From Sulfurimonas sp. UBA2011 (GTDB taxonomy: Bacteria > Campylobacterota > Campylobacteria > Campylobacterales > Sulfurimonadaceae), in the NCBI GenBank assembly GCA_002335055.1, contig DDCH01000004.1, positions 215,678 through 279,677 on the forward strand: a stretch of 64,000 nucleotides of DNA, read 5' to 3'. Below the pieces are notes generated by a model. The model was not told where the DNA came from. It saw nothing but the letters and a program-made list of their open reading frames with translations, and ran no database searches. The translations under genes and the position numbers were made by a program. Of this stretch, positions 46,291 to 57,006 are shown piece after piece. How positions within the stretch are numbered: position 1 is the first letter of the stretch; each line of letters begins with the position of its first letter.

Positions 46291-47310
46291 ATGTACATCA
46301 AAAGATATACAATAACTGCACTCATTTTAATGGCTTCATTAGGAGCCTTTGTTTATACATATGTGACGCAGGAAACAACATCAATTGATTTGTTTGGTAT
46401 ACCTTTACCTGCTTTATCTATAGCAGTATGGATAGTAGTTCCAGTTTTTATTCTTTATGTGGCAAGTGTCTTGCATATGTCTTTTTATTCTCTTCTTGGA
46501 AGTATGAGTTTACGTAAGTACGAAAAAGATTATGACAAAATTATTAATGCAATCGTTGACGCTTATTTAGGAAAAAAATCTAGAAGTCACACTTTTAAAA
46601 CTGATAGATATGCACTTCTTGGTAAACTACTAGAAAACACTACAATGTTTCCGGTGGGTAATGTTGTAGGACTTACTTCAAATGAAAAAGTTGATGGCGT
46701 TTTACAAATCATCGAAGATATTAAAAATGGTGATGTTGTTGATTTAAAACCGTACAATCTTTTAAAAGATAATGAACTTGTAGTTCAAAATGAACGTAAT
46801 CAGTATAAAAAAGGAATTCTTACAGCTGAAAGTATCCTTTCTAACTCTAGTAAATATGCTGATGTGCTTAGAGAAGAAGCTTATATTGATTATGTTCAAA
46901 CTGCTTCAATATCTAACCTACTAAAATATAAGGGACTTTTAACTAAAGAGTCTTTATACATAATTTTAGCCCGTGTAAATACGAATGAATTTGCTCTAGA
47001 ACTTAAAAATGAAGAACTACTCTCTCTTATTAACTCACTTAATTTAAGTGTAGCCGATTATATAAAACTATCGGCTGTAATTGCTAGTGGTGGTATGCTT
47101 CCAGAACAACGCATAAAACTTTTTGAAATGTTAAGTGATGAGAAAGAAGATGCAATAGACTCCTATCTTTATACACTATTTGATTTAGAAATGTTCGCTC
47201 CTGTTGATAGTATTCTTGATAACTCTTCGGATAAAGAGTACCAAAATTTTAAAGCATATCGTGCTTTGAAATCATGTAATAAAAACTTTAGTATAGAAAT
47301 ATTTGTCTAG
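46291..47310 (+). CDS. conserved membrane-anchored hypothetical protein
   Basis: It has two N-terminal TM helices and a soluble helical domain. It sits between dksA-like and dus, an order I recall from Campylobacter genomes (not checked). Confidence 0.55.
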   Translation: MYIKRYTITALILMASLGAFVYTYVTQETTSIDLFGIPLPALSIAVWIVVPVFILYVASVLHMSFYSLLGSMSLRKYEKDYDKIINAIVDAYLGKKSRSHTFKTDRYALLGKLLENTTMFPVGNVVGLTSNEKVDGVLQIIEDIKNGDVVDLKPYNLLKDNELVVQNERNQYKKGILTAESILSNSSKYADVLREEAYIDYVQTASISNLLKYKGLLTKESLYIILARVNTNEFALELKNEELLSLINSLNLSVADYIKLSAVIASGGMLPEQRIKLFEMLSDEKEDAIDSYLYTLFDLEMFAPVDSILDNSSDKEYQNFKAYRALKSCNKNFSIEIFV

Positions 47311-47313
47311 TTC

Positions 47314-48264
47314 ATGTTAAAGAAGCTTTCCTTTGATCAACCCCTTTATGTATTGGCTCCTTTAGCTGGTTTTACTGATCTTCCATTTCGTAGTGTAGTA
47401 AAAAAGTTTGGAGCAGATCTTACTATTAGTGAGATGCTTAGCTCAAATGCTCTTGCCCATGGTTCAGAAAAAACACTACATATGTTAGAAAAGTCAATTA
47501 ATGAAGACCCTTACTCTGTACAGATTTCTGCTTCACAAGTAGACATAGCTAGACGTGCAGTTGAAGTTCTTAATGAGCAAGCTGGTATAGATATCATAGA
47601 CCTTAACTGTGGTTGTCCTGTACCTAAGGTTACAGGGCATGGAAGCGGTAGTTCCCTTCTTTTAGATTTACCACTTATGGGCGATATTATTAGAACTATA
47701 AAAGATACTTCAAACAAGTCTATGACATCTGTAAAAATTCGTCTTGGTTTTGAAGAAAAAAACCATGTTGATATTGCTAAAATGGTTGAAGATAGTGGTG
47801 CAGACTTTATAGCTGTGCATGGTCGTACTCGCATGGGAAAATTTAAAGCACCTGTTGATTATGACGCCATTAGAGAGATAAAAGAGGCTGTTAATATTCC
47901 TGTAATTGCAAACGGTGATATAGACTCTTACGAAAAAGCTAAATGGGTTACTGAGCATACTGGTGCTGATGGTATTATGATAGGACGCGGTGCTGTTGGT
48001 GCTCCTTGGATTTTTCATCAACTGCGCTCAGGTGAAGAGTATATAGATTTTGCTCTAAAACATGAGATAATCATGGAACATTTTGATAAGATGATAGAGT
48101 TTTATGGTGCCCATGGTGTACCGATGTTTAGAAAACACACTCACACATACTCTAAGGGCTATAAAGGCGCTTCGGTACTTAGAAATGATGTGAATTCAAT
48201 TACTGACATACAAGAGTATAGAAACTTACTAGATGATTTTTTTAGAAACGGAGAGTTTGCATAA
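47314..48264 (+). CDS. dusB: tRNA-dihydrouridine synthase
   Basis: It has LAPLAGFTDLPFR, DLNCGCP, HGRTR and GRGA..PWIF motifs. Confidence 0.9.
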   Translation: MLKKLSFDQPLYVLAPLAGFTDLPFRSVVKKFGADLTISEMLSSNALAHGSEKTLHMLEKSINEDPYSVQISASQVDIARRAVEVLNEQAGIDIIDLNCGCPVPKVTGHGSGSSLLLDLPLMGDIIRTIKDTSNKSMTSVKIRLGFEEKNHVDIAKMVEDSGADFIAVHGRTRMGKFKAPVDYDAIREIKEAVNIPVIANGDIDSYEKAKWVTEHTGADGIMIGRGAVGAPWIFHQLRSGEEYIDFALKHEIIMEHFDKMIEFYGAHGVPMFRKHTHTYSKGYKGASVLRNDVNSITDIQEYRNLLDDFFRNGEFA

Positions 48265-49425
48265 ATGTCACAAATACACCCTTTAGATATGAGTGAATCA
48301 ATTAGGCTTTTAGAAACTGGTGATATAGCTGATAACCTCTATCACTATGATTACAATACAAAACATTTACTTTCACTTTTAGCAAAAAACATACAAGTAG
48401 ACGATCCAGCATATATGAGTTCATTTCGTTCATTTGAAGGTGAAGTATTTGAGAACTTTATATATGAAAAGTTACTACGTTATGCACAAGATAATGATTA
48501 CATAGATAAGTTTGTGCTCAAAGGTTTTCATCAAAATAAACATAAGGCATTTGCAAATACTCTCTCTATAAGTGAAAAAGAGCAGATAGTATATAGAACA
48601 AAATCACGTGAGATTAGTGAGTTTGATGCGATGTTTATAACTGTAAAGAATGAGTTATACTTTGTAGAGATGACACTTGTTAAGTCAGTACTTAAGCTAA
48701 GACGTCGTTTACGTAAGAAAAAAGCGCTCTTAGAGATTGCCTTCCCTAACTATGTGATAAAGGCTTTAATCATCTTAAATGATGGTGCAACAGGTGCAAA
48801 ACAGTTTCCAGGTTTTTGTAAGGTCTGGTTTACTAAAGAGTTTTCAGCAGGTGATGTCTTAGATCAAATCATCGCAAAAAATAAACGCCAGTTGACTCCT
48901 AAAGATATAATTAGTGGTGGATGTATGATAGAAGCTCATGAGCTAAAGTTACACCCATTTAGATACTATAATACTATGTCATGGATTACTAAAACTATTA
49001 GAAGTAATAAAAAACATATATTAGATATGTCATTTTTGATGAACTTTAAAGTACAGCGTTATCATAACCTTTACAATAAGTTTTATGTTGGTTATTTAAA
49101 TATTGAAGATGCAAAGAGTCTTCTTAAGCTTGATGGTGAATATCCAGATACACAGCGTGTGATGGTTGCTCTAGAGAAGAAGCACTCTGATGAGATAGTT
49201 CTTACATACTATATTCAAACAGGCCGTAAGAAATTATATCTTTATACTATAGAAAATGGAAAAATCACCAAAGAGAAAAAAGATCCCTATGGTATCACGG
49301 TAACAGAAGTATTTCATATTAATAAACAAATGGATAACTCATATGAGATGAACTTAACTCATATCGGAGTTGTAAAGAAGCTTTTAAAAGACTGTTTTAG
49401 TTCTGCTGTAACAAAGGAAGACTAA
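48265..49425 (+). CDS. hypothetical protein, possible N-terminal PD-(D/E)xK/NERD-like nuclease fold
   Basis: GEVFENFIYEKL...EISEFDAMFITVKNELYFVEMTLVKS loosely fits an E...D...E.K nuclease core. The rest is unrecognised. Confidence 0.5.
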   Translation: MSQIHPLDMSESIRLLETGDIADNLYHYDYNTKHLLSLLAKNIQVDDPAYMSSFRSFEGEVFENFIYEKLLRYAQDNDYIDKFVLKGFHQNKHKAFANTLSISEKEQIVYRTKSREISEFDAMFITVKNELYFVEMTLVKSVLKLRRRLRKKKALLEIAFPNYVIKALIILNDGATGAKQFPGFCKVWFTKEFSAGDVLDQIIAKNKRQLTPKDIISGGCMIEAHELKLHPFRYYNTMSWITKTIRSNKKHILDMSFLMNFKVQRYHNLYNKFYVGYLNIEDAKSLLKLDGEYPDTQRVMVALEKKHSDEIVLTYYIQTGRKKLYLYTIENGKITKEKKDPYGITVTEVFHINKQMDNSYEMNLTHIGVVKKLLKDCFSSAVTKED

Positions 49426-50348
49426 GCTTCATCTGCATAAATCAGTGAAGCAGCTCTTTCCTTATATGCCTCAAGAGGCTCTTTATACTGAGGCTTAGAG
49501 TATGTTTGTTTACTCTCATCTATACCTAAAAAATCCTCTAACTCTTGGTTTCTCTCTTGTAGTATAGAATCAAACTCACTTTGTGATGTAGGTTTGTTGT
49601 CTTTAAATTTATCAAGTAAAATATTACTATTTCCCATTAAAACTAAATAACTTTCATGTCCAAAGTCTAACATAACAACACTATTTTGATTGTCAATAGC
49701 CTTTTGAAAGCGGATAGAGACTATAGAATCAGAACTGTTTGGCTTAAATGCTAGGTCTACTTTTTTATCTTCAGTTGGTTTAGCATCATTAGAGTTAAAC
49801 AACCATGACTTATTTTGTTTTGTATTGCCTGGTAGCATCATTCTCTTCTTTAAAACGAGTAAAATAATAATCCCAATAATTAATATAGTCACTACGATAT
49901 AATAACTCGTAGACATTTCTCCATTCTTTTTAGTCGGTAACTTTGATAAGCTATTATTTATAGTGCTTGCCTGTGCAGTTTTTGTTTTTGCAATTTTGGC
50001 AGATGTAAATCTAAGTCTTAGTCCATAAGCATCAGATGTTTTTGAGGCAATTAGTCTAACATTTGGAGAGATAGATGCAACAATCTGTGTTTGACCCTTT
50101 AAGGGTGTTATTGTGAGTGAATGTAGGAAGTCAGAATTTACTCGTTTTGTACGTGATGATTCAATAGAAGCATTTTCTAGTTTTATAATAATTTTATTTG
50201 TACTTTTACTCTGTTTTATAACACCTTTAAAGGGTGTATCAAATGTTATCATCACATCAGCACGATTACTTCTCTCATAAATATTATAAGATAAAATTTT
50301 AGAAGCATAGAGAGAAAACGGAAGTAGAAAAAGAAGTAGGTATTTCAT
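49422..50348 (-). CDS. FliO-like flagellar export protein with large periplasmic N-domain (tentative)
   Basis: It has a signal peptide, a roughly 130-aa periplasmic domain, one TM helix (YYIVVTILIIGIIILLVL) and a cytoplasmic tail. It lies immediately downstream of fliN, as I recall for Helicobacter fliO. Confidence 0.4.
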   Translation of the reverse strand: MKYLLLFLLPFSLYASKILSYNIYERSNRADVMITFDTPFKGVIKQSKSTNKIIIKLENASIESSRTKRVNSDFLHSLTITPLKGQTQIVASISPNVRLIASKTSDAYGLRLRFTSAKIAKTKTAQASTINNSLSKLPTKKNGEMSTSYYIVVTILIIGIIILLVLKKRMMLPGNTKQNKSWLFNSNDAKPTEDKKVDLAFKPNSSDSIVSIRFQKAIDNQNSVVMLDFGHESYLVLMGNSNILLDKFKDNKPTSQSEFDSILQERNQELEDFLGIDESKQTYSKPQYKEPLEAYKERAASLIYADEA

Positions 50349-50686
50349 TAAAGGCGCTCTTTTGATAGGTGGTAAAGTACAGCACTTGAGTCTAGTATCT
50401 CATTTATACGAATAGCAAGGTTCTTCTCATGCACCATAACCTCGCCTTTACCTAAAATACGACCATTTACATAAGACTCAACAGACTCACCTGCTGGTTT
50501 TTTTAAGTCAATTATAGAACCTTTTTCAAGTTTAAGAATTTCCCCTACTGAGAGTTTAGTTTCACCTAGATCTGAAACAAATTCTACTTCCATATCTAAG
50601 ATACCTGAATAGTCCATCCAGTCTAGTTCATCTTTATTGTATGGTTCTTCTTTACCTGATTTATATTGTCTAGTAGGTTTAGTCAT
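50348..50686 (-). CDS. fliN: flagellar motor switch protein FliN
   Basis: It has the SpoA domain VGEILKLEKGSIIDLKKPAGESVESYVNGRILGKGEVMV. Confidence 0.85.
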   Translation of the reverse strand: MTKPTRQYKSGKEEPYNKDELDWMDYSGILDMEVEFVSDLGETKLSVGEILKLEKGSIIDLKKPAGESVESYVNGRILGKGEVMVHEKNLAIRINEILDSSAVLYHLSKERL

Positions 50687-51107
50687 GTAGTTCCTTGATA
50701 GCTATAGTTATTTCATCTTCGTTAATTGTAATAGTTTGTGCACTGTCATGCTCTAAGTCAAAAGTCCCTATTTTTATAAAATGAGGTGTACAAATAGTGT
50801 ATGGATTCTCGGCTAATTCTTCAGCGATGACTTTTGCACTTCCTATAATAAGGTTAGCTGTCTCTAATGTCATATCTATAAGTGTCTCTTCATCACTCGC
50901 TTCTTCTTCTAAAAAAAGATATGAAACTCTCTGCATAAAAGCCTCATCTGAAGCGATATATACACGGTGCGAAGTACCATCCTGGACATCTATGTCTATA
51001 TAAGCAATTAGTGTTCTCTTTTTGGAGAAACCTTCACTGACACTATGAGATTCCCTAATTTGGTGTATACAAAAATTTTCTGTTGCTTTTTTAATAGTTG
51101 TTAACAT
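50679..51107 (-). CDS. CheX/CheC-like phosphatase-fold protein
   Basis: It carries the D-x3-E-x2-N motif (DMTLETAN) followed by Pro about 17-23 residues later. Confidence 0.55.
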   Translation of the reverse strand: MLTTIKKATENFCIHQIRESHSVSEGFSKKRTLIAYIDIDVQDGTSHRVYIASDEAFMQRVSYLFLEEEASDEETLIDMTLETANLIIGSAKVIAEELAENPYTICTPHFIKIGTFDLEHDSAQTITINEDEITIAIKELHD

Positions 51108-51201
51108 TTACGAAGCCTTTAAATTATTCTAATAGATTATACTTTAACAAAACACAAAGCAAAATAAAATGGTATAATTCCCGAAAAAATATAGGTGATA
51201 T

Positions 51202-51933
51202 ATGCTTGAACTAAGCTTTATAGGGATTATTGTCGGTATTCTATCTGGTTTTTTTGGTATTGGTGGTGGCACTGTTCTTATACCACTCCTACTGCTTTTA
51301 GGTTATGAGATAAAAGTAGCCATTGGTATTTCAGTAATACAGATGGCTTTTAGTTCTGTTTATGGATCTTATCTTAACAACAAAAAAGGTAGTTTAGATA
51401 TATCAATGGTTTTGTATATTGGTATAGGTGGTTTTATCGGAGCACTTTTTAGTGGAGTACTTACAGCTGTATTTAGTGCGAGAACTTTAGAGTTTATATT
51501 TTTAGCTTTTGCTATTTTTGCACTGCTGAGACTTTTTTTAAAAACGCAAGAGCATCAAGAGCAAAAAGAGGTACATAAACTTTTACTACTTCTTATAGGT
51601 TTTTTACTTGGTGCTTTGAGTATGACTATCGGAGTAGGTGGAAGTATTATTCTTATTCCAGTTTTAGTTGGGTTTTTACATGTGCCTCTTAAGAAGGCAG
51701 TTTCAGCAGGACTCTTTTTTGTTATGTTCTCCTCAGTGTCTGGTTTAATTGCCCACTCTATAGAAGAGCATGTAGATTATGAGAGTGGAATTATCATTGG
51801 TATGGCCTCTTTAGTGGGGGTTTATGCAGGTATACATTTAAAAGATACTGTAGGTGTTAAACTACAAAAAAATCTATTAGTAATATTTTACATGCTTGTG
51901 GTAGCATATTTAATACAGAGAATATTTATATAA
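51202..51933 (+). CDS. TauE/SafE (TSUP) family anion exporter
   Basis: It has eight TM helices and a duplicated GIGGG/VGGS motif. Confidence 0.8.
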   Translation: MLELSFIGIIVGILSGFFGIGGGTVLIPLLLLLGYEIKVAIGISVIQMAFSSVYGSYLNNKKGSLDISMVLYIGIGGFIGALFSGVLTAVFSARTLEFIFLAFAIFALLRLFLKTQEHQEQKEVHKLLLLLIGFLLGALSMTIGVGGSIILIPVLVGFLHVPLKKAVSAGLFFVMFSSVSGLIAHSIEEHVDYESGIIIGMASLVGVYAGIHLKDTVGVKLQKNLLVIFYMLVVAYLIQRIFI

Positions 51934-51951
51934 GTTTATAGGATAAATGAT

Positions 51952-54780
51952 TTGAAAAAACAAGATAGTATAGTTATAACGGGTGCAAGAGAAAATAATT
52001 TAAAAAATATTAATTTAACGATTCCAAAAAACCAGTTAGTTGTAATGACAGGTATAAGTGGTAGCGGAAAATCTACACTTGCGTTTGACACTCTTTATGC
52101 TGAAGGACAACGTCGTTATATGGAGTCTCTCTCCTCATATGCTAGACAGTTTTTAGATCGTGTTGGAAAGCCTGATGTAGATAAGATAGAGGGTCTTACA
52201 CCAGCTATCGCGATAGACCAAAAAACTACAAGTAAAAATCCACGTTCAACTGTTGGAACTATCACAGAAATATATGACTACTTTAGACTTCTTTATGCCC
52301 GTGTTGGGATACAGCACTGTCATAAATGTCATAAGGTTATTTCACAAATGTCAGCTGCCGATATCATTGGTGAAGTGCATAAACTCCCACAAAATGCAAA
52401 ACTAGTACTCTTAGCTCCACTAGTACGTGAGAAAAAAGGTTCATATGCAGATATGCTTGAATCACTTGTTCATAAAGGGTATGTTAGAGCTATGATTGAT
52501 GGTGTAATGGTTCGTCTTGATGAAGAGATAGAACTAAGTAAGACAAAAAAACATACTATTAAAGTTGTAGTTGACCGTGTTGTTGTGAAACCTGAGAACA
52601 TAGAAAGAATCGCTGCTGATGTTGAAAAAGCACTTAAAGAGTCTTATGGTGAGTTAGAGATAGATATCTTAAACCACGAAGAACTTGACTGTAAAGCACA
52701 TATGCATTACTCAGAACATAATGCTTGTTTTGATTGTAAGATAAGTTTTGATCCACTCGAACCACTCTCTTTCTCGTTTAACTCTCCTAAGGGTGCCTGT
52801 TCTGAATGTGATGGTTTGGGTCTGCGTTATGCTTTAGACCAAGAGAAGATAATTGACCAAGATTTAAGTATAGAAAAGGGTGCTGTTAAAATTGTATATG
52901 GTTTTAATAAGGGTTATTATTTTACATTTTTAAAAGGCTTCTGTGCTCATAATGGCATAGATATTACTGTGCCATATTCATCACTTGAGGAGTATCAGAA
53001 AAAGGCTATTTTACATGGAAATATTGATGAAGTTACTTTTCTTTGGAAAAAGCATGAAGTAAAACGCCTCTTTCCCGGAATCATTCGTATTGCCTACGAT
53101 ATGTTCAAAGATGAAAAAGAACTTCAAGACTACATGAGTGAAAAGATATGTAATATTTGTGACTCAAATCGTTTAAAACTCGAGAGTTTAGCTGTTAGAG
53201 TTGCAAACAAAGGTATATCGGAACTTCTTAAAATGCCTATTGCAAAAACTTATGAGTGGTTTGCAAATGAGGAACACTTTGCAGGTATGAATGCACAAGA
53301 TGCACAGATATCTGCTCCTATACTTAATGAAATTCGTGAGCGTTTATACTTTTTGTTTGATGTTGGCTTAGGCTACCTTACTTTAGGTCGAGATGCTCGA
53401 ACTATCTCTGGTGGAGAAGCTCAACGTATACGAATAGCATCTCAAATCGGTTCTGGTTTAACAGGTGTTTTATATGTACTTGATGAACCAAGTATTGGGC
53501 TACATGAACGTGATACTCAAAAGCTTATAAGAACACTGCGTTCGCTACAAGAAAAGGGAAACAGTGTAATAGTTGTAGAACATGATAAAGAGACCATTGA
53601 AAATGCAGACTTTATTATCGATATTGGTGAGGGTGCTGGTAAGTTTGGTGGAAATGTTGTTTTCGCTGGAACACTAGATGAGCTTAAAAAGGCTAAAACT
53701 CTTACTGCTGATTATCTTTATGGTCGTAAAAAGATAGAGTATTTTTATAGGCGTAAACAAGATAAATATATAGAGATAAAAAATGTTACTGTTAATAATA
53801 TTGTAGATTTAAGTGTAAAAATTCCACTGAACAACTTTGTATGTATCACGGGTGTAAGTGGAAGTGGTAAAAGTTCTCTTATGTTGCAAACACTGCTTCC
53901 AACTGCACGTGAGCTTTTAAACCATGCAAGGAAGGTAAATAAGGTTGCGGGTGTTGAGATAACAGGATTAGAACATGTAGATAAGGTTATTTACCTTGAC
54001 CAAAGTCCAATAGGGCGAACACCTCGTTCAAACCCTGCAACATACACAGGGGTAATGGATGAAATCCGTAACTTGTTTTCTCAAACAAAAGAGTCACAGA
54101 TAAGAGGCTACACAACATCACGTTTTTCTTTTAATGTTAAAGGTGGACGTTGTGAGAAGTGTCAAGGAGAAGGACAGATAAAGATAGAGATGCACTTCCT
54201 TCCAGACATTTTAGTCAAATGTGATGCTTGTTATGGAACTCGTTATAACCAGCAGACATTAGAAGTATTTTACAAGGGTAAAACCATATCTGATGTTTTA
54301 AACATGTCAGTGGATGAAGCATATGAGTTTTTTGCTCCAATTCCTAAGATAAATTTGAAGATGAAAACACTTGTAGATGTTGGTTTAGGTTACATCACCT
54401 TAGGTCAGAATGCAGTAACACTTTCAGGTGGTGAAGCACAGAGAATTAAACTAAGTAAAGAGTTAAGTCGTAAAGATACTGGTAAAACACTTTATATCTT
54501 AGATGAACCTACAACAGGACTCCATTTCGCAGATGTAGATAGACTTACTAATGTTCTGCATAAGTTTGTTGAGTTAGGTAACTCAATGCTTATCATCGAG
54601 CATAATTTAGACATGATTAAAAATGCTGATTATGTCATAGATATGGGTCCTGAAGGTGGTTCTGGTGGTGGACTTATCATCGCGGAAGGTTCTCCTGAGA
54701 AACTAGCAGAAGAACATGAAAAAACAGGTTCTTTTACAGGAGAATATCTTAAAAAAGAGTTAGCTTTACATAATAACTAG
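51952..54780 (+). CDS. uvrA: excinuclease ABC subunit A
   Basis: It has a TTG start, two ABC modules (GISGSGKST, GVSGSGKSS, LSGGEAQR twice) and zinc-finger cysteines. Confidence 0.95.
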   Translation: MKKQDSIVITGARENNLKNINLTIPKNQLVVMTGISGSGKSTLAFDTLYAEGQRRYMESLSSYARQFLDRVGKPDVDKIEGLTPAIAIDQKTTSKNPRSTVGTITEIYDYFRLLYARVGIQHCHKCHKVISQMSAADIIGEVHKLPQNAKLVLLAPLVREKKGSYADMLESLVHKGYVRAMIDGVMVRLDEEIELSKTKKHTIKVVVDRVVVKPENIERIAADVEKALKESYGELEIDILNHEELDCKAHMHYSEHNACFDCKISFDPLEPLSFSFNSPKGACSECDGLGLRYALDQEKIIDQDLSIEKGAVKIVYGFNKGYYFTFLKGFCAHNGIDITVPYSSLEEYQKKAILHGNIDEVTFLWKKHEVKRLFPGIIRIAYDMFKDEKELQDYMSEKICNICDSNRLKLESLAVRVANKGISELLKMPIAKTYEWFANEEHFAGMNAQDAQISAPILNEIRERLYFLFDVGLGYLTLGRDARTISGGEAQRIRIASQIGSGLTGVLYVLDEPSIGLHERDTQKLIRTLRSLQEKGNSVIVVEHDKETIENADFIIDIGEGAGKFGGNVVFAGTLDELKKAKTLTADYLYGRKKIEYFYRRKQDKYIEIKNVTVNNIVDLSVKIPLNNFVCITGVSGSGKSSLMLQTLLPTARELLNHARKVNKVAGVEITGLEHVDKVIYLDQSPIGRTPRSNPATYTGVMDEIRNLFSQTKESQIRGYTTSRFSFNVKGGRCEKCQGEGQIKIEMHFLPDILVKCDACYGTRYNQQTLEVFYKGKTISDVLNMSVDEAYEFFAPIPKINLKMKTLVDVGLGYITLGQNAVTLSGGEAQRIKLSKELSRKDTGKTLYILDEPTTGLHFADVDRLTNVLHKFVELGNSMLIIEHNLDMIKNADYVIDMGPEGGSGGGLIIAEGSPEKLAEEHEKTGSFTGEYLKKELALHNN

Positions 54781-55014
54781 TATAAACTTTATGAGAGAGA
54801 TAAGTATTAGGAACTGTTAGTTTAATCCTATTTTCACTAATACAAGGGTATGCAATAGGTTTGTTAGTGTAATTTTCATAGGAATTATTAGAAAAAATAG
54901 AGTTATTTTATCTTGAGACTATTACTAGTATGATGTAAGAGTATAGTACAAAAATAAAACGACCTAAAAACCTCTAAAATATAGTATAATTTCAAAAAAT
55001 CTTAAAGGCTATAT

Positions 55015-55938
55015 ATGTCAGTTTATGTTTTTGGACACAGAAATCCTGATAGTGACTCTATTGTAGGCGCTATTGCAGTATCATACTTAAAAAATCAATT
55101 AGAAAATGAAGAATATATTGCTTGTCGTCAAGGTGATATATCTGATGAAACAGCATTTATTTTAGATCACTTTAACGGTGTTCTTCCTATCCTTAAAACA
55201 TCAGTAGCTGGTGAGAAAGTTTACCTTGTTGACTCAACAGACAAAGTGCACTTTCAAGATGACATAGATGAAGCTACTATTCTTGGTATCATAGACCACC
55301 ATAAACTAGGTGATATTATGACATCCACTCCTTTAGAGTGCTGGATACGTCCTATTGGGTGCTCAAACACTGTTGTTAAAGAAGTGTATGATGCTTTAGG
55401 TGTAACTATTCCTAAAGATATCGCCGGTATGATGATGATGGCTATTTTAAGTGATACTGTTATCTTTAAATCCCCTACATGCACAAAAGCAGATACAAAA
55501 GCTGTAAAAGAACTTGCAATAATTGCAGGGATAGAAAAGTATAAAGAACTTGCTATGGAGATGTTTATTGTTAAGTCGGCAACTAAAGGTGCAAGTGCTA
55601 GAGACCTTAACACAAAAGACTACAAACCTTTTGTTATGAATGGAGAAAAAGTAGGTGTAAACCAGTTAGAAATGATAGACATCTCAGCACTTGATGATAG
55701 AATAGATGAGATTTATGCAGATATGGTAAAAATGAAAGCAGAAGAGGGTCTACATACTATGATCGTTTTACTTACTGACATTATGAAAGAGGGTTCTCAA
55801 CTTTATTGTGTGAGTGATGATGCTAGTAAAATAGAAGCTGCATTTGATAAAAAACTAGTTAATAACCAAATGTGGTTAGAGGGTGTCCTTAGTCGTAAAA
55901 AACAAGTTATCCCTTTCGTGCAACCCCAATTTAACTAA
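55015..55938 (+). CDS. ppaC: family II (Mn-dependent, DHH) inorganic pyrophosphatase
   Basis: It has GHRNPDSDS, IIDHHKLG and the DHHA2 C-terminus SRKKQVIP. Confidence 0.9.
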   Translation: MSVYVFGHRNPDSDSIVGAIAVSYLKNQLENEEYIACRQGDISDETAFILDHFNGVLPILKTSVAGEKVYLVDSTDKVHFQDDIDEATILGIIDHHKLGDIMTSTPLECWIRPIGCSNTVVKEVYDALGVTIPKDIAGMMMMAILSDTVIFKSPTCTKADTKAVKELAIIAGIEKYKELAMEMFIVKSATKGASARDLNTKDYKPFVMNGEKVGVNQLEMIDISALDDRIDEIYADMVKMKAEEGLHTMIVLLTDIMKEGSQLYCVSDDASKIEAAFDKKLVNNQMWLEGVLSRKKQVIPFVQPQFN

Positions 55939-57006
55939 TCTTTTTATAATCTCTGTTTTTATAGTTTTGAAGTTGAGTGCATTCTCACCTTCAAGCTGAT
56001 AAATTAAACTATCCAAGTCCTTATCTCTTCGTAAATAAACAACAATAACTTTATATAATTCATTTCTTTTAAGAGAAGACTTTAGTAGTGATATAAATGG
56101 TAGTCTTTTTTTTCTTTTTTTTCTTCTTAATACTTTATATAGAGACAAAAGTACAAGGATAGATATGGCCCCCAAGAAAAAGAAAATATACTTGTCATAA
56201 TTGTTTAAACCTTGTGTCTGCTTTTGCACATAATCATCTATACTAATTTGTATGAGAGAGGTACTACTCTTTTTCACAAGGTTTTCCTCTTTGTCAAAAT
56301 AGTGTAGTTCAAGTGAGGGAATAATAAAGGGTGTGTCCGAAATAATTTCATAGACTTTAGTTTGAAGGTGTTGACGTTTACTTTTAGTTGAATAGATTAA
56401 GTAAATAGTTGCATTTTGTATATTTAGCTCTATAGCATCTAAGTTTTGAATATTTCCATCTCCATTGAGAGAAATACTAAGTGTAAGAAGTTCTCCCCTT
56501 TTAACATGGCTCTTATCTACTGTAGCTGTGAGTGTATAGTTCCCTATGGCAGATATATTATCTGGAAGTTTTTTCACCTCTAGTTTGATTGGATTAGCTC
56601 TAACGGAGAACCTTTTTGTATATTTACTTCTATTATCAAAGTTCTTATAATTAGCATCGATTATTTGAGTTTCTACATATAAGTTAGAAAGGGAGAAGTT
56701 CCCTTCATGTTGGGCTAAAAGCGAGTAGTTAACCTCTTCAACTGTATAAACATTCGTATCAGTATAATCTTTAGAATATAACTCCTTTACTGTGATACCT
56801 GAGAACTCAGGCTCAACTATTGCATAGTCTTCTACATCTTTATATTTATAGATGAGTTTTAATTGTACTGTCTCACCAAGGAGTATACTTGTGTCTGAGA
56901 GTTGTGCCTCTAAAGTATAACCCTTTGGTGTACTGATAATTTGAGATGCATACAAAAAAGATGAAAAAATTGATAATAAAAGTAGGGTACTAATCTTGTA
57001 AAACAT
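55876..57006 (-). CDS. BatD-like (oxygen-tolerance family) membrane-anchored protein
   Basis: It has a signal peptide, a beta-rich ectodomain, a TM helix and a basic RRKKRKKR stretch. It is the last gene of the Bat-like operon. Its 3' end overlaps ppaC convergently by 63 nt. Confidence 0.55.
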   Translation of the reverse strand: MFYKISTLLLLSIFSSFLYASQIISTPKGYTLEAQLSDTSILLGETVQLKLIYKYKDVEDYAIVEPEFSGITVKELYSKDYTDTNVYTVEEVNYSLLAQHEGNFSLSNLYVETQIIDANYKNFDNRSKYTKRFSVRANPIKLEVKKLPDNISAIGNYTLTATVDKSHVKRGELLTLSISLNGDGNIQNLDAIELNIQNATIYLIYSTKSKRQHLQTKVYEIISDTPFIIPSLELHYFDKEENLVKKSSTSLIQISIDDYVQKQTQGLNNYDKYIFFFLGAISILVLLSLYKVLRRKKRKKRLPFISLLKSSLKRNELYKVIVVYLRRDKDLDSLIYQLEGENALNFKTIKTEIIKRLVKLGLHERDNLFFTTKDTL

